A stretch of DNA of 64,000 bases, from NCBI GenBank assembly GCA_964609695.1, contig CAZSSP010000005.1, positions 69,345 to 133,344 on the forward strand. Reading direction: 5' to 3'. How positions within the stretch are numbered: the first letter of the stretch is position 1; each line of letters opens with the position of its first letter. The notes beneath the pieces were generated by a model, which was given only the letters and a program-made list of their open reading frames with translations, was not told the origin of the DNA and searched no databases. Both the position numbers and the translations under genes were made by a program. Shown here in pieces: positions 47,251 through 55,318 of this stretch. Source of the DNA: an uncultured Bacteriovoracaceae bacterium (GTDB lineage Bacteria > Bdellovibrionota > UBA2428).

Positions 47251-48231
47251 ATGCCTTCTTATAGCCTCTTTATAAGCGTTCCTAGAGGAGAATTAGATTC
47301 GCTCACTAATACAATAAGCCCATTAGAAGGATTTTTAGGCCTCCAAGAAACCGAAAGTTCCGATAGTGATCTATTTGCCGTACCCGAAGGAATGGAGTTT
47401 CAAGAATTTGGCACAAAAGCTGCCGAGAGATTCGACGAACATTTAAAGAAAAACACTAGAAGCACTCACTTTATAAAAATATATTTCGAAATTGAAGAAT
47501 CAGAAAAAATCAAAATTGAAAAGCAGCTTAAAAATTATGCTCCATTCAAATGGGACCTCATCGAAAGCAAAGATTATGTTGATGAGTATAAAAAACACGT
47601 CAAAGGAAATTATATTGGGAAAAAACTCTGGGTTGGCCCTCCGTGGGATCTCCCTTCTAATAAGGATCTTATAAAATACATCATTGAGCCAGGACTTGGT
47701 TTTGGAACTGGAGAACACCCCACCACACAAATGTGTTTGGCCACTCTCGAAGAACTCAAAGATGAAATTAATCCTAAAAATATTCTTGATCTTGGATGTG
47801 GCTCAGGAATTTTAAGCATGGCTTGCTTAGATTTTTTTCCAAAAGCTTCAATCTGGGCCACCGACCTTGATCCACTTTGCGAAAATGAAGTGAGTAAAAA
47901 TTTTGCCTTAAACTCAAAAGATCAATCCAAAATAAAAACTCACTTTGGCAAAGCGGCCTCTCTTAGTTCACTCAGACGAGAAGGAGCCCCTCTCTTTGAT
48001 TTACTTGTTTCAAATATCTACGTGAATGTTCTCATCGATTTATTAGCTGAAATTAATAGCTCTTTAAGCTCGGGGGCCTTTTGGTTATTAAGCGGAATTT
48101 TAGAAGATGGGAGCCAAAATCAACTCGTCGAGTTAACTCAAAAAGAAATGCGTCTCGTAAAACAACGGCGCTGCGCTCACCCTCAAAACAGTTCTGAAAT
48201 ATGGCTCTCAATGCTTTGGCAGAAGTCTTGA
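47251..48231 (+). CDS. prmA: Ribosomal protein L11 methyltransferase
   Basis: IIEPGLGFGTGEHPTTQMCL and ILDLGCGSGILSMA. Start taken at ATG 47251 (MPSYSLFISV); the track uses GTG 47224. Confidence 0.88.
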   Translation: MPSYSLFISVPRGELDSLTNTISPLEGFLGLQETESSDSDLFAVPEGMEFQEFGTKAAERFDEHLKKNTRSTHFIKIYFEIEESEKIKIEKQLKNYAPFKWDLIESKDYVDEYKKHVKGNYIGKKLWVGPPWDLPSNKDLIKYIIEPGLGFGTGEHPTTQMCLATLEELKDEINPKNILDLGCGSGILSMACLDFFPKASIWATDLDPLCENEVSKNFALNSKDQSKIKTHFGKAASLSSLRREGAPLFDLLVSNIYVNVLIDLLAEINSSLSSGAFWLLSGILEDGSQNQLVELTQKEMRLVKQRRCAHPQNSSEIWLSMLWQKS

Positions 48232-48264
48232 TAGGAAGCACTGGCGAGGTTAAGAAATACTGAA

Positions 48265-48810
48265 ATGATATTGAGCGGACCAGAAATTAAAAAACGTTTA
48301 GGTAAAGACATTGCCATTGATCCTTTTGTTGAAAGTCGCCTAAATCCTAATTCTTATAATTTAACTCTTGCCCCTGAAATCATGGTCTATACGGAAATGC
48401 CTTTAGACATGAAAAAAGCCAACCCCGTAGAAAAATTCAAAATTGGAAGCGAAGGATTGCTCTTAGAACCGGGAAAGCTTTATTTGGCTCGCACCGCTGA
48501 ATACACCAAAACTTATAATTTAGTTCCAATGCTTGAAGGCCGCTCAAGTATTGGTCGTTTAGGTCTCTACATTCACGTCACCGCTGGCTTTGGTGATGTC
48601 GGTTTTGAAGGATATTGGACCTTAGAAATGCATTGCGTTCACCCTATTCGCATTTATGCCGGAGTTGAAATCTGCCAAATTTTTTACCATCAAGTGGCCG
48701 GTGAAACGATTAGTTATGAATCTAAAAAATACCAAAGAAACGCTGGTGTTCAAGCTTCTCGTTTGTGGATGGATTTTCACGATGAAGAGAAAAATTCTGG
48801 CAACGCCTAA
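48265..48810 (+). CDS. dcd: dCTP deaminase
   Basis: 181 aa. EGRSSIGRLGLYIHVTAGFGDVGFEGYWTLEM. Confidence 0.92.
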   Translation: MILSGPEIKKRLGKDIAIDPFVESRLNPNSYNLTLAPEIMVYTEMPLDMKKANPVEKFKIGSEGLLLEPGKLYLARTAEYTKTYNLVPMLEGRSSIGRLGLYIHVTAGFGDVGFEGYWTLEMHCVHPIRIYAGVEICQIFYHQVAGETISYESKKYQRNAGVQASRLWMDFHDEEKNSGNA

Positions 48811-48895
48811 ACTTTTTCTTAATTAGACTTACATCTTCAACATTTAAGGCTTTGTGTGTTGACCAATCTTTGCATTCATCCCTATTCACTTATCT

Positions 48896-49648
48896 ATGAA
48901 AAAAATCACCTACCTATTAAGCCACCTCCTTTTTATTATTGCTCTCGTAGTGAATGGATTAAATTCTACTCGCAGCTTTGCTGAAGAAGCACAAAAAGAA
49001 GCTTCACCTTATCTTACGGAAAACCTTCTTGAGACTTGGTTAAACGCTGTGAAAAAGGAAAATAAGGGTGTTGAGGCCGAAGAAGAAGTTATGGAAGCAG
49101 CAACAGAAGTTTCAAAATTTGCAATTTCTGTATCTCAAACAGCACTTAAACTTCTATTAACTAATAAAAAAGAAGAATACTTAAAATTGCTTGGACCAGA
49201 ACTTGCCGAGCAATCTGCCGACGACGCCGTATTAGAAGCCACTAAAGAAAGCATTAAAAAAGATATGGGCGACCAAGATAAAGGCGCTGTCGCTGTTATT
49301 AAAGTGCTCAAAGCCAATGAAGAAACTTTAGAAGCCGCAGCACTTGAGATTGTCTACAGCCATCTCATGCTTAAACAAGGTGAAAACAATAAGTCATCCA
49401 TCTACACTTATGTGACAACACTTCGAATTCCTCTTAAAGCCGTGCCTTCTATAGAAAACTCTAAAGAAATTTCTAAAATTCTTGAGCTTGATTCCGTAGT
49501 TCCCCAAGACACAAAAATCATATCTTGGAAAAAAGTAAATGGAATTCCCAAAGAATTAATCAAGCCTACCCAGGAAAAAAAGAATGACAACGAGAAAAAA
49601 CCTGCCGAAGGAAAGACTCGCAAAGCAAAACCCGAGCTGACCGCTTAA
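48896..49648 (+). CDS. Hypothetical secreted protein (Glu/Lys/Ala-rich helical)
   Basis: 250 aa. Signal peptide LLFIIALVVNGLNSTRSFA. Confidence 0.55.
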   Translation: MKKITYLLSHLLFIIALVVNGLNSTRSFAEEAQKEASPYLTENLLETWLNAVKKENKGVEAEEEVMEAATEVSKFAISVSQTALKLLLTNKKEEYLKLLGPELAEQSADDAVLEATKESIKKDMGDQDKGAVAVIKVLKANEETLEAAALEIVYSHLMLKQGENNKSSIYTYVTTLRIPLKAVPSIENSKEISKILELDSVVPQDTKIISWKKVNGIPKELIKPTQEKKNDNEKKPAEGKTRKAKPELTA

Positions 49649-49713
49649 TAGACGCCAGCAAATAGCTTCGAATTCTTTACAAGAACTCAGTGCGCAGATA
49701 GAATTTTCCTCAG

Positions 49714-50577
49714 ATGAAAAATCTTTGGATTCTACTAGCACTGAGTTTTTCTTTTATGTCGACCGCTAAAACAACCTTGAGAGTTGAGGCTCCTCAACTC
49801 AATGACGTCGAAGCCTCTAAGGGAATACTGCTGAAGGCTCTCATTGAAGATGCCGTGAGATCTCATTCTAGCTACATTTTATCTCAAGACTCCAAATCTG
49901 AAGCCAATCTTACAAGTTCGCTTCATAAACTAGACAACAATTATTTATTTATAATGGCCTTAAACACAAAAGATAATAGCAGAAGTGAGAGAGTGAAATT
50001 ATCAAGCCTTGATGAACTCGATACTGCTGTCTCAAGACTCTCTGATTCAGTACTCGAAGGAAAAACATTAGCCGAAACTGCTACCCAAGGTGAAATACTC
50101 AATAGAGATTCTCGATCTCGCGAAAGAGTAAAGTCGATTCGTGGTTTTGAACTAGGATTAGGAACAGGATTTCCTCTCACCCAACCCCTTGGTGACAAAG
50201 AAGCCATGTGGGCTTTAGGTTTTGGATTTGCTTGGGATGTTGATGAAGCTTTCCTAGAAACGCGATGGGATGCACTCTCTCACTTTGGAGACAACAATCC
50301 AGGCTCCTATAACACTTTTACACTTGGGGGAAATTACTTTTGGCACGATACAAGTCGCTATGGAATTTTTAGTGGAGCTAACTTTGGATTTGCCAATAGC
50401 AGCAATTCAAAAATTCAATCTAAAAGCGGATTCCACATAGGTCTCGACACAGGCGTGCTACTTTTTCGCCATGCCGATGTTAATCTCGAATTACGGGCCC
50501 GATACATGATTATGGTCAGCCAGATTAAGGGCGCCTACCCTCAATTATTCAGCATGATTTTAGGCCTGCATTTATAA
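49714..50577 (+). CDS. Hypothetical outer-membrane protein (soluble N-domain plus small C-terminal beta-barrel)
   Basis: 287 aa with a signal peptide. The C-terminal half has alternating aromatic/Gly strands (GFELGLGTGF, WALGFGFAWDV, TFTLGGNYFW, GFHIGLDTGVLLF). Confidence 0.55.
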   Translation: MKNLWILLALSFSFMSTAKTTLRVEAPQLNDVEASKGILLKALIEDAVRSHSSYILSQDSKSEANLTSSLHKLDNNYLFIMALNTKDNSRSERVKLSSLDELDTAVSRLSDSVLEGKTLAETATQGEILNRDSRSRERVKSIRGFELGLGTGFPLTQPLGDKEAMWALGFGFAWDVDEAFLETRWDALSHFGDNNPGSYNTFTLGGNYFWHDTSRYGIFSGANFGFANSSNSKIQSKSGFHIGLDTGVLLFRHADVNLELRARYMIMVSQIKGAYPQLFSMILGLHL

Positions 50578-50594
50578 ATTATTTTTTGGCTACG

Positions 50595-52298
50595 TTATTT
50601 ATTGGCTGCCCTAAGCGCATTAATTTCATACTGCTGATCGATAAAGGGCTTCATTGTGTCTTTATAGATTTGCTTTTTATGAGTCAGGGCCGCATCTCCA
50701 GTATTGATGGCTTCAGATACGCTTTCAGGGTCTCCAATTTTTTCAATTTTTTGAATGTAATAATGAATTTTAAGAGATTTCTTCAATAAAAACGCCTCAA
50801 CTAATTCTGCTTGGCGTGCAGACATTGAAGGAAGGGCAAAAATGGCATCATCTCCACTCGCATAATAATTTAACCGAGTTTCCAAAATAATATCTAATCC
50901 GGTCGTAAGTTGCTCAAATTCATTAAGCAACTCAGCAGTGGTTTCATTATAAATTGATCTGAGATTTTTAAAACCTGCACCATCTTCTATCCAATCATTT
51001 CGAGCATGAGCAGCTTTAAGCCCAAAGTTTTTAAGATCTACGAAAAGCAAATTTCCTGCGCGCATTGATTTAAAATAAAATAAAGCTCTCTGCACTGTCC
51101 AAGCTTTAGGTAATAGTGTTGAAATTCTATCAATATCAGAAAATGTCAGAGTTCTATTTTCCCCAACTTCATTTAAAAGTTGATGGATTTCTGCGACTTC
51201 ATTTTTTGTTGGCACATTATCAAGTGGTAAAAAATCACCCACACTACCCGCTCGTCGATAATCACGTAACCAAACCTCTATTTCAGGTTTTCTGCTTAAA
51301 GGTATTCTCACATTACCCATCCAGTGAGCTAACTCTGTTTGACCCTCTACACTATCCACATCAAATCTCGTAGCCTTAGTGATTTCATCTTTTGAAATTC
51401 CTCCTAAATTTCCATGACCAAAAAGTTTTCGATAAGCCCACTCAAGACGGTTACGCCATTTTTTCACAGTTTCGTAATTTGAATTTTCATAACCCAACGT
51501 TTTTAACTTAAGATCAACGTGTGCATATTCCAATGTTGGACCCCTTCCGTAATGAAGAACTTCCGCAGCCCAATCCTCCCAACTCATTCCATCTACCGGC
51601 TCAGGTCGTATGTCGCGAACCCTATCTGCAAATTTTTTCCTCAATGGTTTTAAAATTTCAGATTCAAATTTTTCAGGACTTAATTTTGAAAGCAGAACTC
51701 TGTCTTTATAATTTTGATGAACGAGTAACCCCAAAGAAAAAGCATCTGTAGTATCCAAAATTTTTGCCAATTCTTCATTGAGCATAGTTAAGGCAAACTC
51801 TGTTGTTTTAACATCCCAAGATTTATTGAGTTCTTTTAAATGCCCTATTTGAATCCAATAAGCTTGCTGGTCTTTAAATTTTTCAGGATGATTATTATAT
51901 TCAGCCCAATTAAGACGCATCTTAAGCGTATTTTTAAGATCTTCTTTTAAAACTCTACCCAACCACTCAAAATCATCTTCACCCTTATATCCATAGAATA
52001 AGTCGCTAAAGAGACGCCTGATATTTGATGGTTTTATAGCTCGAGCTATTTTCACCAATGAATTCGCACATGGCGTCTGCCTAGACGTAGGCAGTTCCTC
52101 TGGAGTGTCCATGAGCAATGGAACTTGAGAATTAACTGAAACAAGAGGCGCTATCGGGCGATGAGCCGCTTTACGTGAAGGCCTCATTTTGGAGGATTTA
52201 GCTGCTAAAGAATTTTCACTTGTTAGGAAAATTACGAAAAAGCCTAATAGCAAAATACTAGAAAGCTTTAAAAGATTTCGAATCGGAGCAGGCAGCAT
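50595..52298 (-). CDS. Hypothetical signal-anchored protein with a C-terminal GGDEF/Cas10-like palm signature
   Basis: 567 aa. N-terminal hydrophobic segment. aa 415-500: GNLLFVDLKNFG ... NYYASGDDAIFALPSMSARQAELVEAF. Confidence 0.6.
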   Translation of the reverse strand: MLPAPIRNLLKLSSILLLGFFVIFLTSENSLAAKSSKMRPSRKAAHRPIAPLVSVNSQVPLLMDTPEELPTSRQTPCANSLVKIARAIKPSNIRRLFSDLFYGYKGEDDFEWLGRVLKEDLKNTLKMRLNWAEYNNHPEKFKDQQAYWIQIGHLKELNKSWDVKTTEFALTMLNEELAKILDTTDAFSLGLLVHQNYKDRVLLSKLSPEKFESEILKPLRKKFADRVRDIRPEPVDGMSWEDWAAEVLHYGRGPTLEYAHVDLKLKTLGYENSNYETVKKWRNRLEWAYRKLFGHGNLGGISKDEITKATRFDVDSVEGQTELAHWMGNVRIPLSRKPEIEVWLRDYRRAGSVGDFLPLDNVPTKNEVAEIHQLLNEVGENRTLTFSDIDRISTLLPKAWTVQRALFYFKSMRAGNLLFVDLKNFGLKAAHARNDWIEDGAGFKNLRSIYNETTAELLNEFEQLTTGLDIILETRLNYYASGDDAIFALPSMSARQAELVEAFLLKKSLKIHYYIQKIEKIGDPESVSEAINTGDAALTHKKQIYKDTMKPFIDQQYEINALRAANK

Positions 52299-52438
52299 TT
52301 CGCAACAACCTCAACATCTGCCACAGCTCCAAATTCCACACCTTTGAGCATTTTATCTTAATTGAGTGAATAATTGGACTAAAAGCCTATGATAATTAAC
52401 ACTTAAAGCGTATATATTTTAGAGGCACTGTCTAAAAC

Positions 52439-52816
52439 TTAGTCAAAACTAACTTCTTCGGTAGCGCCACAGGTACTGCAACCACCACCCGTTGCACATT
52501 CTTGGCACTTACCACTTCGCCCTTGTCCGCACTCTTCATTTTTACAGGGACGATTCAAATCACCATTCCAAAAAAAGAGTTCCCAGTCCTTAGCAAATTC
52601 GCTAGCCGCAAAACTTCTAGCCTTTTCAAAACTATCAAATTCCCAACTTCCGACCTCAGAATATGGAAAACTATTGTGGATAAATACCTGATATACATAG
52701 CTCTGTGTAACGGGGTCAAATACAAGGTTAATTCCCCCTTCTTTTCGATCACTTACAAAAACGCTACGTTCAGCATTTTCTTCTTTCATTGCCATGATAC
52801 GAATAAAGTTATTCAC
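52439..52816 (-). CDS. Hypothetical protein with a six-cysteine C-terminal tail
   Basis: 125 aa. GTG start preceded by GAGGA. Tail CKNEECGQGRSGKCQECATGGGCSTCG (C-x4-C-x7-C-x2-C-x5-C-x2-C). Confidence 0.55.
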   Translation of the reverse strand: MNNFIRIMAMKEENAERSVFVSDRKEGGINLVFDPVTQSYVYQVFIHNSFPYSEVGSWEFDSFEKARSFAASEFAKDWELFFWNGDLNRPCKNEECGQGRSGKCQECATGGGCSTCGATEEVSFD

Positions 52817-52879
52817 ATTTTATCCTCAAGCCTAAAAAGCCTAAAATTCTTTAACAAAATAGCTTATAAAGGCTCTTTT

Positions 52880-53515
52880 ATGACTAAAAGCCAGAAAGCA
52901 CAATACATAAGCCAAAGACTTGCTGAACTTTACCCCAACCCCAAACCCCCACTCACTCATACGGACCATTATACGTTGCTCATAGCCGTTTTATTGTCTG
53001 CTCAATGTACTGATAAAAGAGTTAACCAAATCACTCCTCTATTGTTTGCAAAGGCTAAAAATCCAGAGGAAATGATAAAGCTTGGTCAAAAAGAAATTCT
53101 TAAAATTGTGAGACCCTGCGGTCTTCCCCAACAAAAATCCTCAGCTATTTATAATTTATCTAAAATACTGGTCGATAAATACAATTCAAATGTTCCCAAC
53201 ACTTTTGAAGATCTCGAAAGCCTTCCTGGAGTAGGACACAAAACAGCGTCAGTAGTGATGAGCCAGGCTTTCGGGATAGCCGCCTTTCCTGTGGACACTC
53301 ATATTCATCGATTGGCGAAAAGATGGAAACTCAGTTCAGGCAAATCCGTTACCCAAACGGAACGAGATTTAAAAAAGATTTTTCCTGAAAAGCTTTGGAA
53401 CAAACTTCATCTTCAAATTATTTTTTACGCTAGAGAATATTGTACGGCTTATAATTGCGATGGAAAAACATGTGAAATTTGCAGCACTGTGAATAATTGC
53501 ACCAAGCCCCAATAA
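52880..53515 (+). CDS. nth: Endonuclease III
   Basis: 211 aa from ATG 52880. LLIAVLLSAQCTDKRVN, HhH LPGVGHKTASVVM, DTHIHRLAKRW. Cys cluster at the C-terminus. Confidence 0.93.
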   Translation: MTKSQKAQYISQRLAELYPNPKPPLTHTDHYTLLIAVLLSAQCTDKRVNQITPLLFAKAKNPEEMIKLGQKEILKIVRPCGLPQQKSSAIYNLSKILVDKYNSNVPNTFEDLESLPGVGHKTASVVMSQAFGIAAFPVDTHIHRLAKRWKLSSGKSVTQTERDLKKIFPEKLWNKLHLQIIFYAREYCTAYNCDGKTCEICSTVNNCTKPQ

Positions 53516-53555
53516 ACTAAATTCTGGCTTTATGAGTTAGAAATTTATAAATCAT

Positions 53556-53891
53556 CTATTTTTTTGAAAAGCAGCTATATCGAAAGTCAGAATCATTTTT
53601 GGAATAAAGATAGCGAAATTTGATGCAAGCTAAATTTCTAGCTTGAAAAATTTCCCCAGCAAAGGAACGCTCATAACCGCGCCCCCCTGTTTCATGTTCG
53701 CAAGCTTGAGACACCACTGACTGACTCAACAAAGTGCAAAGTTCCTTACAAGCGAATGGCTCATTATCTAATATTCGTATTTTAAGAGTAGTCTTTTCCC
53801 ATAATGAATTTTCACGACATTCAGGAACTTCAGCAAAAGACTGCAAAGCAATTAACAAAGATATAGAAATAATGGATTTATATTGAAACAT
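53556..53891 (-). CDS. Small secreted or periplasmic Cys-rich protein of unknown family, downstream of a TPP riboswitch
   Basis: 111 aa. Signal peptide ISISLLIALQSFA. Six Cys in the mature part. AAGGA lies 8 nt upstream of the ATG. Confidence 0.6.
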   Translation of the reverse strand: MFQYKSIISISLLIALQSFAEVPECRENSLWEKTTLKIRILDNEPFACKELCTLLSQSVVSQACEHETGGRGYERSFAGEIFQARNLACIKFRYLYSKNDSDFRYSCFSKK

Positions 53892-53896
53892 TTTAG

Positions 53897-53988
53897 TATC
53901 CTTCCGCCAGCATTACCTGGATCAAGTTTATTGGGTCGCTCAATTAACATGAGCCTCTCAGCCATCTACTTAGACAGCTCCCCAGTTG
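53897..53988 (-). promoter_or_regulatory. TPP (THI-box) riboswitch
   Basis: The minus strand reads CUGGGGAGCUGUCUAAGUAGAUGGCUGAGAGGCUCAUGUUAAUUGAGCGACCCAAUAAACUUGAUCCAGGUAAUGCUGGCGGAAGGAUAC. It contains GGGGxGC, a P3 hairpin AGCUGUCU/AGAUGGCU, CUGAGA, a variable hairpin GCUCA/UGAGC, ACCC, and a CCAG-GUAAUG-CUGG helix followed by GCGgAAGGA. Confidence 0.85.
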
Positions 53989-54133
53989 ATTTAATTAACT
54001 TCTATCAATATTTTTTATTAGAAACAAATCCCTAAAAAATGTATTTTTGACACATTAATTAAATTCATACACCCAGGATTTATTATGAGATAATAGCTGT
54101 CTATACCACGAAAAGTTTAGGAGGCTGCATTTA

Positions 54134-55177
54134 ATGGAAAACCATTTAAAGAATTTAAAATTTCCAATCGAAGCTACTGCGCGCACGGCCTTTTATCTTA
54201 TTCCGGCAATTTCAGCCCAAGTTTTTTTAGGCCACTTAAACAATCCCAAGATTAAAGAATTTAGAAATCGAATGAGTCTTTGGGATAATCTTAAAGAAAT
54301 CAAAAATCTATACGCTCAAGACCAAGCCAACATTTCAAAGGGCTACTATTTAGCTCCTGAAAAGATTATTCCAGATATTAAAAATTACCTCTTAATGAAC
54401 GTTAAAAATGCTTTTGATTTGCTAAAAGTAAAAAGACGAATAAAAAATAAAGATGTCCGAGTTTTTGATGAAAAAATTTGTCCTTCGGATTTTCCTCCTT
54501 ATTTTAGACAAAGCTTTCATTATCAAAGCGATGGATACTTTAGCTCTGATTCTGCAGAACTCTACGATCACCAAGTCGAGCTTGTCTTCACAGGCACCGC
54601 ACAAGCTATGCGAAGGCATGGAATTAAAGCCATATCTCTAATAAGCGGAAATACAAATTATCCACGATTAGATAAGCTAAAAATACTAGACATTGCTTGT
54701 GGCACTGGCCCTTTTACTTCTGAGCTGGAACGACATTTTCCAAAAAGTGAAATTCATGGAGTAGACCTCAGCCCCTGGTATCTTTCCGAGGCTCAAAATA
54801 AATTCCCGCAATCAAATATAAAATGGCAATTTGCTAAAGCAGAAAAACTTCCCTTTGATGACGAAAGTTTTGATATCGTAAGTTCAGTCTATCTCTATCA
54901 TGAATTACCCGAAAAAATTCGAAAGCAAGCCGCTAAAGAAATGCTTCGAGTCCTAAAGCCCGGAGGCACTCTTGTACATATTGATAGTATTCAAAAGGGT
55001 GACGTAGCCGAGCTCGACGTTGGTCTTGAGGTCTTTCCGCAAGCTTATCATGAACCTTATTTCAAAAATTATATAAGCCAAAACACAGAAGCGCTTTTTG
55101 AAAAACTTGGTCTCCAAAACGTCAATTCAGACTATGCCTTTTACTCTAAAATAATCCGTGGCCATAAAAAGAATTAA
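54134..55177 (+). CDS. Class I SAM-dependent methyltransferase
   Basis: 347 aa. ILDIACGTGPFTSEL, HGVDLSP, LKPGGTLVHIDS. GGAGG SD upstream. Confidence 0.85.
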   Translation: MENHLKNLKFPIEATARTAFYLIPAISAQVFLGHLNNPKIKEFRNRMSLWDNLKEIKNLYAQDQANISKGYYLAPEKIIPDIKNYLLMNVKNAFDLLKVKRRIKNKDVRVFDEKICPSDFPPYFRQSFHYQSDGYFSSDSAELYDHQVELVFTGTAQAMRRHGIKAISLISGNTNYPRLDKLKILDIACGTGPFTSELERHFPKSEIHGVDLSPWYLSEAQNKFPQSNIKWQFAKAEKLPFDDESFDIVSSVYLYHELPEKIRKQAAKEMLRVLKPGGTLVHIDSIQKGDVAELDVGLEVFPQAYHEPYFKNYISQNTEALFEKLGLQNVNSDYAFYSKIIRGHKKN

Positions 55178-55185
55178 CTCTTTAT

Positions 55186-55318
55186 CGCTAAAGAAGTTGA
55201 GTGAGTGCTTTTTAACTAAGACGTCCTCGTTTCAAGAATACACAATTAACAAATGGCTAAAACGGTATGAAACTGCGGATTGTCTTAGCTAAAAAGCACT
55301 CACTCAACTTCTTTAGCG
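55186..55318. repeat. 133-bp unit made of 37-bp near-perfect inverted repeats around a 59-nt spacer
   Basis: Arms 55186-55222 and 55282-55318 pair at 36/37 positions (a single A.C mismatch at 55215/55289). The unit lies between two convergent stop codons. Confidence 0.8.

Noticed and set aside
52502-52879. A 126-aa N-terminal extension of the nth ORF in the six-frame track (337 aa in total).
   Set aside because: The extension is low-complexity and overlaps the minus-strand 125-aa gene. Endonuclease III homology begins at MTKSQKAQY (ATG 52880), which gives a normal 211-aa protein.
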